Shown: one piece after another, positions 39,588 through 49,925 of the stretch | How positions within the stretch are numbered: the first letter of the stretch is position 1 | Layout of the letters: each line of letters begins with the position of its first letter | Source: Chitinophagaceae bacterium | Lineage (GTDB): Bacteria > Bacteroidota > Bacteroidia > Chitinophagales > Chitinophagaceae | NCBI GenBank assembly: GCA_947381435.1 | Contig: CANCVE010000013.1 | Coordinates: 529 to 64,528, forward strand | Direction: 5' to 3' | Length of the DNA stretch: 64,000 nucleotides | Translations under genes and position numbers: made by a program | The notes under the pieces: generated by a model | The model's database searches: none | What the model was told of the DNA's origin: nothing | The model's input: only the letters and a program-made list of their open reading frames with translations

Positions 39588-39891
39588 GTGGAAATTTTTC
39601 TTGCCATGCCAAAACACCTCCAATTACGTTGGTAGTATTGGTAAAGCCAAATGACTCTAAGATAGCACAAGCTGTAGCACTTCTTTTTCCGCTACGGCAA
39701 TGAATGATGACTTCTTCATTGCGAAGATCTTCAATTTCATCTATAGCATTTGCTTGAATATTTCCTAATGGTATCAATTGACCTCCAATGTTGAACTCAG
39801 CATATTCATAAGGTTCACGCACATCAAGCAAGTTTATTTTTTCGCCTGCATCTAATCTAGCCTTTAATTCTTCAACTGTAATTTCTTTCAT
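39583..39891 (-). CDS. Rhodanese-like single-domain protein
   Basis: Active-site loop IIHCRSGKRS. Confidence 0.85.
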   Translation of the reverse strand: MKEITVEELKARLDAGEKINLLDVREPYEYAEFNIGGQLIPLGNIQANAIDEIEDLRNEEVIIHCRSGKRSATACAILESFGFTNTTNVIGGVLAWQEKFPQ

Positions 39892-39902
39892 TTTTATTTA
39901 TT

Positions 39903-40718
39903 TTATTGTGGGTATGTATTTGTACTATCTTTTACAGGGGCAGTAGTTCCAATATATAAATCTACCGTTGCCCCTTGTCTTATTTTATTAATTGTTTTTT
40001 GTCCAGCAACCGCTTCACTATAAATAGCAGGATTCTGGCGTATTACAAAGGCATTTGCTGAATCGGACACTTCTCCTACAGCCACGATACTTCCAGCAGA
40101 CAGTCCACTTAAACCAAGCTTAGATTTAGCAGCAGCCAACGTAAGCCCAACCACATCAGGCATATTCATGGCGCTATCACCTATACCACTTCCCAATACA
40201 AAATCTATCTTACTACCGATTGATATCTGTGTACCAGGCTTAATTGGTTCTTTATTAAACAATTGCTCTAGCACTGCATTACGGGCAAAGTCTTGTCGGT
40301 AAGTAGTATCGCCAAGTTTTAAGCCCATACTTTGCAGGTATAAAGCCGCACTTTTAAACGAGAACCCGATAAGGCTTGGCATTTCTATTTTAGGAGGTAC
40401 AGACCTATTTACAGTTAAGTAAATAGTCCGTCCATACTTTACCATTGCATCGCCCTCGGGAATTTGTTTCATAATAGTAAGCCCTGGAACTGCGGTATTG
40501 AATACAGAGTCTGACACTTCTACCTTGAACCCTTTTACTTCTAGCATATTGATTGCAGCATTTACATTTTGCCCCACAATGTCGGGTACTTTATCGTACT
40601 TGCCATGTCCAGTAATCCAACCAAGACTAACAAAAAAGAACAATATCAATACGGTACTCCCCAAGAGTGCTATCGTAATATTTACCCATAAGGGTTTTGA
40701 AGTAATGAATCGTAACAT
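39903..40718 (-). CDS. PASTA-domain protein (N-terminal TM plus three PASTA repeats)
   Basis: VPDIVGQNVNAAINMLE, MPSLIGFSFKSAALYLQ and MPDVVGLTLAAAKSKL repeats. Confidence 0.8.
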   Translation of the reverse strand: MLRFITSKPLWVNITIALLGSTVLILFFFVSLGWITGHGKYDKVPDIVGQNVNAAINMLEVKGFKVEVSDSVFNTAVPGLTIMKQIPEGDAMVKYGRTIYLTVNRSVPPKIEMPSLIGFSFKSAALYLQSMGLKLGDTTYRQDFARNAVLEQLFNKEPIKPGTQISIGSKIDFVLGSGIGDSAMNMPDVVGLTLAAAKSKLGLSGLSAGSIVAVGEVSDSANAFVIRQNPAIYSEAVAGQKTINKIRQGATVDLYIGTTAPVKDSTNTYPQ

Positions 40719-40803
40719 AGTTATCAGTTATTAGTTTTTAGTTATTAGTTTTTAGCTGTGGGTGGAGTAAAATAACTAACCACTCATATCTAATAACTAA
40801 CCA

Positions 40804-41784
40804 CTATAAAGCCTCTTCTATTATTGCTGTATAAAAATCTTTCAAATTCCAGCCCATTGCCTTTACTTGTTGTGGGATAATACTTGCCGCACTTTGACCC
40901 GGCACTGTATTTACTTCCAACATAAAAGGCTTGCCAGATGTTTCTTCTAAAATAAAATCTATTCGCACAACTCCTCTACAGTTTAATACTTTGTAAGCTT
41001 GCAACGCAGCCGAACTTATTGCGTTTGCACTGCTTGCTTCCAGATTAGCAGGGGTAATTTCATCGCTAAGTCCTTGATATTTTGCTTCAAAATCAAAAAA
41101 CTCTTTCTTGGTAATGACTTCTGTTATTGGCAAAGTAATAATCTGTCCCTTAGTTTTAAATACGCCAATGGTAAATTCTCTTCCTTTTATAAACTCTTCA
41201 ACAAGTACTTGATCGTCTACAGCAAAAGCCTTAGTTAGCGCAGTTTCTAGTGCTGATGCTTCATTTACTTTACTAATACCAAGGCTACTTCCACCATTGT
41301 TTGGCTTTACAAAAACAGGCAGTTTAAGTTTAGCCAAAATGTCTTCTGGCGAAATGGGTGTGTGCTTAAATAAATGCAAACTCTTCGCCACATTTATACC
41401 GCCAAAAGCAGCCACTGCCACCGTATATCTTTTATTGAAAGTAAGCGCACTTGTAGCTGCATCGCAGCTTGTGTAAGGTAAACCAAGCATATCAAAGTAA
41501 CCCTGTAGTTTACCATCTTCGCCCGGCGTGCCATGAATACAAAGTAAAATAGCAGCGAAAGTTACTCTTTTTCCATCAGAATTTATGACTGAGAAATCTT
41601 CCCTATTTACTGGAGAACGCTGCTCCTTCTCATTTATGTAGGCCCAATCTGTGGGTGTAATATCTATTTTATAATAATCAAATTTGTCAGTATCTATATT
41701 ATTACCAACTGTGATAGCACTTTTATAACTAATCTCAGCTTCTCCACTATATCCACCTGTAACTAAAGCGATCTTCTTTTTCAT
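40804..41784 (-). CDS. ddl: D-alanine--D-alanine ligase
   Basis: KKKIALVTGGYSGEAEIS..., ATP-grasp, and the EVNTVPG motif. Confidence 0.9.
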   Translation of the reverse strand: MKKKIALVTGGYSGEAEISYKSAITVGNNIDTDKFDYYKIDITPTDWAYINEKEQRSPVNREDFSVINSDGKRVTFAAILLCIHGTPGEDGKLQGYFDMLGLPYTSCDAATSALTFNKRYTVAVAAFGGINVAKSLHLFKHTPISPEDILAKLKLPVFVKPNNGGSSLGISKVNEASALETALTKAFAVDDQVLVEEFIKGREFTIGVFKTKGQIITLPITEVITKKEFFDFEAKYQGLSDEITPANLEASSANAISSAALQAYKVLNCRGVVRIDFILEETSGKPFMLEVNTVPGQSAASIIPQQVKAMGWNLKDFYTAIIEEAL

Positions 41785-42040
41785 TCCTAATTAATGAGTG
41801 CCCAAATATAATAGTCTTTTGTGTAGGATATTATTTTGGAAGGAAAAGTGGCAGTTTTAGTTCTGAATGAATACACTATTTAAGATTGATTTAGCAGCTA
41901 GTAGTTTTAAAGAATGATTTCAACAAAAAATTACAGGTTACTGTACTCTTACTTAAAAGAGTAAGGAAATATATTTTGGTAAAGCATGGATGCATTACTT
42001 TGCAAACTATCGCTTTCATTTGAAAGAGAAAAAATGCAGA

Positions 42041-42547
42041 ATGATGAACATTGTAGCAGAATTTGTTGAACATTATAAGCTTCTCCCCCATCCAGAGGGT
42101 GGTTATTACAAGGAGACGTATAGAAGTAATACTGTGATTGAAAAAGAATCTTTACCAGAAGAATTTAGTGGTAAAAGAAACATTTGTACTGCTATCTATT
42201 TCTTATTGGAACAAGGAAATTTTTCTGCTTTTCACCGTATTAAGAGTGATGAATGTTGGCATTTTTATGCAGGGCAACAGCTTCTAATTTATGTTTTAGA
42301 ACCTTCGGGACACAACTATACGATTAGGCTGGGAAGCAATGCTGCAAATGGGGAAGTATTTCAGGCAGTAGTACCCGCTAATAGTTGGTTTGCCAGCGAG
42401 CCTGCCCCAAAAAGTGCTTTCTGTTTTGTAGGATGCACGGTATCGCCTGGATTTGATTTTGAAGATTTTGAGTTAGCTAAGGCCGAGGAACTTATTAATG
42501 TATATCCATCAGATAGTGAGCTTATATATAGACTTTGTAGGCAATAA
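42041..42547 (+). CDS. Cupin (DUF985) family protein
   Basis: LLPHPEGGYYKETYRS ... TVSPGFDFEDFEL. Confidence 0.75.
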   Translation: MMNIVAEFVEHYKLLPHPEGGYYKETYRSNTVIEKESLPEEFSGKRNICTAIYFLLEQGNFSAFHRIKSDECWHFYAGQQLLIYVLEPSGHNYTIRLGSNAANGEVFQAVVPANSWFASEPAPKSAFCFVGCTVSPGFDFEDFELAKAEELINVYPSDSELIYRLCRQ

Positions 42548-42903
42548 ATGAATGGAGCCTTTTGAAATTAATAATACGAGTACTGTTTAAAGTGCATATA
42601 AATTATACGCTTACAAATTGATATTAATTGAGCTGATTTTTCTTTAACCCAACAAACTAAAATTGGATTAAATTCCCTTATTTTTAACTTTATTTATCTA
42701 ATTGATGTAAAAAGAGGAAAAATTAGGAAAAGAATTGACCAATGTTATATTTTTTGGCAGCTTAAAAACGTCCATTTGCAAATTGAAAAAAGAAAAGAGG
42801 GTTTTTGATTAATCATAAAATGAAAATAGAAATCTAATGTGTAAAAAATACATATTTAATAATAACCCTTATTTTGCACTCGCATTCAACTAAATTAAAC
42901 AAT

Positions 42904-44556
42904 ATGAATTTTAGAGAATTTAAAGTCCCTTACGACATTAATGAGAAATACGCTAAACGGGCAGCCTATTTTTCAATGGAATTTGCCGTACACCAACCAC
43001 TAAAAATATACAGTGGTGGCCTTGGTTTCTTGTCGGGCTCTCATATGAGGAGTGCTTATGAGTTAAAACAAAACATGGTGGGCATCGGTATTTTGTGGAA
43101 GTATGGTTATTACGACCAAACACGCAATCAGGACCAAACCTTACAACCTGCATGGATGGAAAAGAGTTACTCTTTTTTGCAAGACATAGGCATTAAATTC
43201 CAGATAATCATCCATGATGCACCAGTTTGGGTAAAAGCTTACTACTTAGCTCCCGAAGTATTTAATACAGCCCCGTTATTCTTTTTGAGTACGGATATGC
43301 CTGAGAACGATTATGTTTCTCAGACCATTTCTCATAGGTTATATGATGCAAATGTTGCTACAAAAGTTGCTCAATTTATGCTTTTGGGTATTGGTGGGGC
43401 TAAACTAATGGATGAAATAGATTTTAACCCAGAAGTTTATCACCTAAATGAAGCGCATGGCATATCCTCTGCGTTCTATTTGCTAAACAAATTTAGAAGT
43501 GTACACAAACTAAAAGAACATTTAGTATTTACTACTCATACTCCAGAGGAAGCTGGTAATGAAAAGCACGATCTTTATTTGTGTCATAAGATGGGATACT
43601 TCTGTGGATTGAGTTTGGATGAAGTGAGAAGACTTACAGGCACAACAGACGAACAGTTTAACCATTCATTAGCAGCACTGCGATTTGCCAGAAAAGCAAA
43701 TGGCGTTTCTCAATTACACGGAGTAGTATCGAGAGAAATGTGGGGTAAATATGAAGGTATCTGCGAAATTACTGCCATCACCAATGCCCAAAACTGGACT
43801 TATTGGGCTGATGAACGATTATATCACTTTAATGAAACTGGCGAAGACGCAGGTATTGATGATAGAAAGTGGTATTTAAAGAAACGTGCATTTGAAATAG
43901 TGGCCGATCAGACAGGAAAAATCTTTGATCCAAATGTATTAACCATTGTTTGGGCTAGAAGATTTGCAGGTTATAAGCGTGCTGATATGCTTACTTATGA
44001 CATGGAACGCTTTGAGAAACTATTGAATAATGCAAAATACCCTGTACAAATTATCTGGGCAGGTAAACCTTATCCATTCGATTATCCTGCTATTGGCACT
44101 TTTAATAATCTGGTTCACTTAAGTAAAAAGTATAAGAATGTTGCTGTTTTGATAGGATATGAACTTACTCTCAGCCGTCGTTTAAAACAAGGAGCAGATA
44201 TTTGGTTGAACAACCCGAGAGTACCACGTGAAGCTAGTGGAACTAGTGGTATGACTGCCTCTATGAATGGAGCGATAAACTTTAGTACGGATGATGGATG
44301 GATACCAGAGTTTGTGAAGCATGGTGTAAATGGATTTGTGGTGCCAAAAGCAGACTACGCAAACATGAACACGCACGAACAAGATGATTATGATTTGGGC
44401 AAACTGTATGAGATTTTGGAACAAGAAATATTGCCAGCTTACTATGACCATAAGGACAAATGGCGTTCTATAGTTAAAACAGCTATGGATGATGTTCGCT
44501 ATCAGTTTGATAGTAATAGAATGGCAGACGAATACTACGAAATAATGTACAAGTAA
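42904..44556 (+). CDS. Alpha-glucan phosphorylase family (GT35, short bacterial type)
   Basis: FSMEFAV...YSGGLGFLSGSHMRSA and EASGTSGMTASMNGA. The residue where the canonical PLP lysine sits is Thr. Confidence 0.8.
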   Translation: MNFREFKVPYDINEKYAKRAAYFSMEFAVHQPLKIYSGGLGFLSGSHMRSAYELKQNMVGIGILWKYGYYDQTRNQDQTLQPAWMEKSYSFLQDIGIKFQIIIHDAPVWVKAYYLAPEVFNTAPLFFLSTDMPENDYVSQTISHRLYDANVATKVAQFMLLGIGGAKLMDEIDFNPEVYHLNEAHGISSAFYLLNKFRSVHKLKEHLVFTTHTPEEAGNEKHDLYLCHKMGYFCGLSLDEVRRLTGTTDEQFNHSLAALRFARKANGVSQLHGVVSREMWGKYEGICEITAITNAQNWTYWADERLYHFNETGEDAGIDDRKWYLKKRAFEIVADQTGKIFDPNVLTIVWARRFAGYKRADMLTYDMERFEKLLNNAKYPVQIIWAGKPYPFDYPAIGTFNNLVHLSKKYKNVAVLIGYELTLSRRLKQGADIWLNNPRVPREASGTSGMTASMNGAINFSTDDGWIPEFVKHGVNGFVVPKADYANMNTHEQDDYDLGKLYEILEQEILPAYYDHKDKWRSIVKTAMDDVRYQFDSNRMADEYYEIMYK

Positions 44557-44590
44557 CAGTTATTAGTTGTTAGTGATTAGTTATTAATAA

Positions 44591-44625
44591 AACACCCACT
44601 TCATTGGTTTGAAGTGGGTGTTTTT
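44591..44625. terminator. Bidirectional terminator between convergent genes
   Basis: aacacccacttc...gaagtgggtgtt followed by TTT. Confidence 0.7.
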
Positions 44626-44645
44626 GTTATTCAGAAAGTCATTTT

Positions 44646-45071
44646 CTATTTATCCTTTGTTACCATAAAAGTAATTGCTTGCCTTGCCCTATACGAAACT
44701 ATACGACCATTTTGTAGGGCTGGTTTCCATTTTGGACTTTTCCTCATGATTCTAATGCATTCTTCTGCGGTACCATAACCAGGATTGTTTTCTGTGGTCA
44801 CATTACTCACTGAACCGTCTTTATCAACCAAAAAAGAAAGCATTACCGTATATCTTCCTTCGGGAGCACCTTTATCACTTGCGATACTTGTGTTTAAATT
44901 CGTCTCCAGAAATTTCTTCCATCCTTCCAATCCTCCCGGAAATTCTGCTTCTATTTGTACTACTGTAAAAATTTTCTTTGTTGAATCTGATACAACCTTT
45001 TCATTAGTTTGCCCCTTACCAACAATAGAAAAGGCAATAAAGGCGGCAATCAGGGTTAATTTGTATTTCAT
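44646..45071 (-). CDS. TonB C-terminal domain (energy transducer TonB family) protein, secreted
   Basis: Signal peptide, AEFPGGLEGWKKFLETNLN, ...GYGTAEE..RIM..SPKW.PA. Confidence 0.75.
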   Translation of the reverse strand: MKYKLTLIAAFIAFSIVGKGQTNEKVVSDSTKKIFTVVQIEAEFPGGLEGWKKFLETNLNTSIASDKGAPEGRYTVMLSFLVDKDGSVSNVTTENNPGYGTAEECIRIMRKSPKWKPALQNGRIVSYRARQAITFMVTKDK

Positions 45072-45131
45072 ATTTGTTTTTAGGAGGTAAATATGAAGAT
45101 AAAAATTGGCTTTTTTAATATCTCCCTCTTA

Positions 45132-45213
45132 AAAAACTTTGTTTTATGACATCGCAGATATAAAACACGAGTAAAAACTTTGTTTTATGCAATCACAGAT
45201 AAAACGATTGAGT
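45132..45213 (+). repeat. Two tandem 41-bp direct repeats (aaaaactttgttttatgNNatcNcagata)
   Basis: Unit starts are at 45132 and 45173. The repeats lie in the divergent promoter region. Confidence 0.75.
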
Positions 45214-45359
45214 AATATATTTTCACATCAGCCAAGAAACTTGTTCTGTATTAGTTTATACCCTAAAATTGCCGCTGAAATATATTTTATCCAATATTAA
45301 ATAATATTCACCGATTGTAATTATTTGAAAACTACTTTTATCCTCAACAACAAAATAAC

Positions 45360-47840
45360 ATGAGAACATTTTTTATACTGATAGCAATAGCCATTTGGAT
45401 GAATCTAAATGCGCAAAATGATTCTACCATTCACAAACAATTTCCGGCTGTAAGGGCCACTAAGCGGATTGTGATAGATGGGGAATTGAATGATGAGGAC
45501 TGGAAAAATGCCCCTGCGGCTACAAATTTTGTACAAAGACAACCTACTTACAAAAAGCCGGAACGCTTTGAAAACAGAACTGAAGTAAAGATTTTGTATG
45601 ATGATGATGCCATTTACATAGCAGGATATTGCCATGAAAGCAATAAAGACAGTATATCGAGCGAATTGGTAGGGCGTGATATGATTGGGGCAAATGATTT
45701 TCTGGGGGTAATTTTTGATACTTATAACGATAGAATTAATGGTTTTGGATATTATGTAACGCCCTTGGGAGAACAATACGATGCTAAATATTCTTCTACA
45801 GGAGAAGATGGAAGCTGGAACAGTGTGTACAGAAGTGCCGCTAAGATAGTAGGTGATGGATGGACTTTTGAAATGAAAATTCCTTATTCTGCCATTCGCT
45901 TTTGCAATAAAAAAGTGCAGACATGGGGAATGAATTTCTTTAGAAAAAGGAAGAAGGCAGGCGAAAATCTTACTTGGAACCCTATCGATCAAACAAAATC
46001 TTCCTTCTTTGCACAGTTTGGTTTATGGACAAACATTTCTGACATTAAACTGCCCATTCGATTGTCTTTCTCCCCATATTTTTCTACGGATGTAAGTCAT
46101 TATCCATACAATGATCCCAATATTCCTAATACTTCAACTAAATATAATGGAGGTATGGATGTAAAATATGGTATAAATCAGGCATTTACGATGGACATGA
46201 CTTTGGTACCCGATTTTGGTCAGGTACAAAGTGATAATAAGGTGCTAAACCTGACGCCCTTTGAAGTAAAATACAATGAGTATCGCAGCTTTTTTACAGA
46301 AGGAACTGAGCTTTTTTCTAAAGGTGGAATCTTTTACAGCAGGCGCATTGGCGGTACGCCGATACATATTTATGATGTAGGTGACAACTTAAAAACGGGG
46401 GATAGTATTATTTTTAATCCTGCTGAAAGCAGAATAATAAATGCCACCAAAATTAGTGGGCGCACTGCAAGCGGTTTAGGAATTGGTGTACTGAATGCCG
46501 TAACAGAAGCACAATATGCTACCATTCAAGATGTAAACAAACATCAATATCAAGTACAAACTAATCCACTTACCAATTATAACATTCTTGTTTTTGACCA
46601 AAGCTTGAAGCACAATTCTAGTGTTTCTCTTATAAATACAAACGTATCAAGAAATAGTAGAGATCAAAATACCAATGTAACTGCGGCGCTTTGGGACATA
46701 TATGACAAAAGTGAGAAGTGGAACTTTTCGGGCAAGGCTGCCACTAGCCAACAATTTGCTGACGAAACACATGGAGGGCATGTAGGGGGTGTTGCTTATA
46801 CTGTAAACGCAGGGAAAGCTGGGGGTAAATTTAATTTTACACTTACTAGAGACTTTGCCGATGATAAATATTCACATCAGGATATGGGCTACTTTACCAA
46901 TAATAATTTTGTAGATCATTCTTTGTGGATGGGGTATAGAATATTAAAACCACATTCTTTCTATAATAGTATGTACATGAATATGAACCTCTACTATTCT
47001 CAGCATTATGAGCCAAGAGAATATCAGCAGTTTTCTATGTTTAGTAATATAAATGGACAACTTAAAAACTTAGGAAGCTATTACGTTCAGTTAAATATTG
47101 ATGCTGCACAAAACGATTATTACGAACCACGCGATAGCGGATTCATTTTTAAAAGGCCAAGCAGCTGGATATTGGGCGTTTATATAACATCAAACGATGC
47201 AAAGAAATTTTCTACAAGTTGGGGATTGTTCCATCGGTTTTATCATACTGATCATTCTACTGCCGACGAAATAGATTTGGGTGCACAATACAGATTCAGC
47301 AAGGCATTTTCTATAAATTTAAGTAGCACGATAAACATCAATAATAATAATTTGGGCTTTTCACACATACACTATTACAAAATGAATAACATAAATAAAG
47401 ACAGTGTATTTTTTGCATTGAGAAAGGTAAGAATTGTTGAAAATGTTCTTACTGCCAAGTACAATTTTTCTAATACTATGGGGCTAAGTTTACGCATAAG
47501 GCACTATTGGACCAACCTCAAAAAAGAGTCTTACAAAAGCCTGAATATGAATGGCGACCTTACCGATCTTAATGGAGTTAATCCCAACGTACAATACAAT
47601 GTAAATTACTTTAATATAGATGCAGTATATAACTGGCAATTTAATCCTGGTAGTTTCTTCACTATCACCTGGAAGAATGCGATAAACCCCACGGACGATT
47701 GGGCTACCAATAGTTATACCGACAATCTACGTAACACACTTTTTAAAAGCGATAAGCTGAATACCCTGTCATTTAAAATCATCTACTTTTTAGATTATTT
47801 AGACATTAAGCACCACAACAAGCGACTTAAAAATAGTTAA
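45360..47840 (+). CDS. DUF5916 / carbohydrate-binding family 9 domain outer-membrane-like protein
   Basis: 826 aa with a signal peptide. IDGELNDEDWKNAPAATNFVQRQP is typical of this family. Confidence 0.7.
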   Translation: MRTFFILIAIAIWMNLNAQNDSTIHKQFPAVRATKRIVIDGELNDEDWKNAPAATNFVQRQPTYKKPERFENRTEVKILYDDDAIYIAGYCHESNKDSISSELVGRDMIGANDFLGVIFDTYNDRINGFGYYVTPLGEQYDAKYSSTGEDGSWNSVYRSAAKIVGDGWTFEMKIPYSAIRFCNKKVQTWGMNFFRKRKKAGENLTWNPIDQTKSSFFAQFGLWTNISDIKLPIRLSFSPYFSTDVSHYPYNDPNIPNTSTKYNGGMDVKYGINQAFTMDMTLVPDFGQVQSDNKVLNLTPFEVKYNEYRSFFTEGTELFSKGGIFYSRRIGGTPIHIYDVGDNLKTGDSIIFNPAESRIINATKISGRTASGLGIGVLNAVTEAQYATIQDVNKHQYQVQTNPLTNYNILVFDQSLKHNSSVSLINTNVSRNSRDQNTNVTAALWDIYDKSEKWNFSGKAATSQQFADETHGGHVGGVAYTVNAGKAGGKFNFTLTRDFADDKYSHQDMGYFTNNNFVDHSLWMGYRILKPHSFYNSMYMNMNLYYSQHYEPREYQQFSMFSNINGQLKNLGSYYVQLNIDAAQNDYYEPRDSGFIFKRPSSWILGVYITSNDAKKFSTSWGLFHRFYHTDHSTADEIDLGAQYRFSKAFSINLSSTININNNNLGFSHIHYYKMNNINKDSVFFALRKVRIVENVLTAKYNFSNTMGLSLRIRHYWTNLKKESYKSLNMNGDLTDLNGVNPNVQYNVNYFNIDAVYNWQFNPGSFFTITWKNAINPTDDWATNSYTDNLRNTLFKSDKLNTLSFKIIYFLDYLDIKHHNKRLKNS

Positions 47841-48488
47841 TTAAAACAGGGTATTTGCACCAAAAGCAATTAATTGTGATACTTGCGAAAGGCCAACTTT
47901 TTCCAAGATTCCCACACAATACTCGTCAATAGCGGGCTCCGTTCTGTAAAGTATGGAGGCTATTTCTTTATTAGTATGCCCGTCTACCAAGTATTTTATT
48001 ATTTGCATTTCCCTTAGGGTAAGTTTAAGCCTTCTTCCCATAGCATTCAATAAGGGTGGTCTTTCGGCTTTTACCTCTGCTTCAGTTTTGTGAGGCATGG
48101 GCAGTGCAAAACCGCCATCTAGTATAATATCCAAAGATTCAAATAATTCAATAGTACTGCAATCTTTAGGCTGAAAACCATTTACACTATGTTCCATACA
48201 AAATTCGAAAACATCAAGATTAGCGTAATAAGTAAGCATCAAAAGCTTCTGCATTGGGTATTTCCTTCTAATCTCAATGATTAAATCACCTTCGATAACT
48301 GCCGACAAATTGTAATCTACAATTACGATATCAGCATTTAATTCTGGGAGAATATCAACTAATTTTTTCTTATTGGGTATTTTGGCAATGACTCGATAGT
48401 TGCCTTGGTTTAAAATTATTTCTAACGAATTGGCAAATTCTACATCTGCATCGGCAATTATTATCGTAGCTTCTCTAAACTTTTCCAT
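47841..48488 (-). CDS. Response regulator, LuxR/NarL-type HTH output
   Basis: Receiver domain (IVIVDYNL acceptor Asp, LMLT, PKD) plus a C-terminal LTLREMQIIKYLVDGHTNKEIA. Confidence 0.8.
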   Translation of the reverse strand: MEKFREATIIIADADVEFANSLEIILNQGNYRVIAKIPNKKKLVDILPELNADIVIVDYNLSAVIEGDLIIEIRRKYPMQKLLMLTYYANLDVFEFCMEHSVNGFQPKDCSTIELFESLDIILDGGFALPMPHKTEAEVKAERPPLLNAMGRRLKLTLREMQIIKYLVDGHTNKEIASILYRTEPAIDEYCVGILEKVGLSQVSQLIAFGANTLF

Positions 48489-48521
48489 GTGGTTTTACCT
48501 TTTTTTATTTAATAAATAAAA

Positions 48522-48556
48522 ACTGCTTGCCCGGCAAAATAGCCTTGGCAAGCAGT
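48522..48556 (-). terminator. Terminator downstream of 48637-49287
   Basis: The stem actgcttgcc/ggcaagcagt is followed by a T-run on the minus strand. Confidence 0.6.
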
Positions 48557-48636
48557 GTAAGGTAACCTTATAATCAATTCCCCTCTGAAGTATTTCTTTT
48601 TAAGCTATGATAATCAGCCGAGTCCTCATTTTCCTT

Positions 48637-49287
48637 TTACCATTTCCCCTTAGGATTGCGGATAGATTTAACCGTATGGCGTTCATAAAAATAGAAGGTA
48701 ACAACGCCATATATAATGTGAAATATCCCAAACCCTAAGGCAAAAAACAAAATTCCCAAACGTTGAATCCATAAGTTAACAATTCCTAAAATCAACAAAG
48801 CGTAACCAAGATAGGCTACGTCTCCAGAGGTGTATTTGCGCAAGTTTATCAGCGAAAGGGCATAGAATATAAGTGCAACAGGTATTATAAAACCAAAATT
48901 GGCAGTACTAATTAACCGGCTAATAAAGATTCCTCCAATTATTAAAGGCAAACTCAATACAGACAATTGTCGCTTTACAATACCATCCCAAATACTTAAA
49001 TTATTTTTCTTGCTTTTAGCAGTAGTAAAATAAAACGAAAACAGCAAAGCAAATAGAATCGTAAAGATGGAAAGAAAGATTAAGTTTTCACCCACAAAAA
49101 GGTGTACAGTTTCATTATAAGAATCGAAACCACTTACTATTGAGAGCATGTCCTTATCGGCTTTGGTTTCAGATGCCACTAACCTATGTGCAATGTATGT
49201 GGCAAATAAACCGGAAATGCCCACTGAGACACCACTCAAACCACTAAGACTTATAAATCGACTACTTTGTGCTAATTCTTTTTCCAT
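48637..49287 (-). CDS. Hypothetical polytopic membrane protein (paralogue of 29821-30483)
   Basis: See 29821-30483. The SSRFISLSGLSGV motif is shared. Confidence 0.6.
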   Translation of the reverse strand: MEKELAQSSRFISLSGLSGVSVGISGLFATYIAHRLVASETKADKDMLSIVSGFDSYNETVHLFVGENLIFLSIFTILFALLFSFYFTTAKSKKNNLSIWDGIVKRQLSVLSLPLIIGGIFISRLISTANFGFIIPVALIFYALSLINLRKYTSGDVAYLGYALLILGIVNLWIQRLGILFFALGFGIFHIIYGVVTFYFYERHTVKSIRNPKGKW

Positions 49288-49497
49288 AATAATCCATTAA
49301 TTTGAGTATTGCAAGATTAAGGATAAATAAACTTGAACCGCATTAAGTAATTGTGCTTTTAATATCTCTCGTGGAAGATTTGTGGATAAGTAGATTAATG
49401 GAAATAAAAGCCCCTTAAAATGGTTAAATTATCCTCCATAATTAAAGATGTAATATTTAAAAAGCCAGTTTACACAAACTAATTTATACTCTCAATA

Positions 49498-49686
49498 GGA
49501 ATGAATTTCATTCTAGGGGGAATGATTTTCATTCTAGCAGGAATGAATTTCACTCTAGGAGGAATGAATTTCATTCTAGGAGGAATAAATTTCACTCTAG
49601 GAGGAATGAATTTCACTCTAGGAGGAGTAAATTTCACCCTAGGAGGAATGAATTTCACTCTAGGAGGAATGAATTTCACTCCAGGT
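49498..49686. repeat. Tandem array, 9 units x 21 bp (ggaatgaatttcactctagga), each with the palindrome GAATGA-ATT-TCATTC or a variant
   Basis: Unit starts are at 49498, 49519, 49540, 49561, 49582, 49603, 49624, 49645 and 49666. Confidence 0.9.
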
Positions 49687-49925
49687 AGAGTCACCTTGAA
49701 ATAAACGATACTTTAATACTTCCCAAATAGGGGCTTTTCCATAAGGAACATTAGGTTATTCATAAATAATGACTAGGATTGATATAACTCTCGTGTTATT
49801 ATTTGCCAAAAATCATTTGTGTGCCTTGTGTGTTTCCCTTGCATTATTTGTGGTAAAAACTTCTGAACAATATCTACTTGATAAAAAAAACTCTAGTCTT
49901 ATTTTCCAGTCCTTATCTTAGCCCG

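Noticed and set aside
47838-47843. Convergent genes DUF5916 and the LuxR response regulator abut with zero spacing (TAATTA, two stop codons back to back).
   Set aside because: This is real but probably trivial. There is no room for a terminator, so the transcripts must overlap. It is noted only as a curiosity.
49479-49704. ORFs encoding PPRVKFI / GGMNFTL heptad repeats on both strands.
   Set aside because: They are artefacts of a stop-free 21-bp (7-codon) DNA tandem repeat. Both strands are open, and there is no plausible start context.
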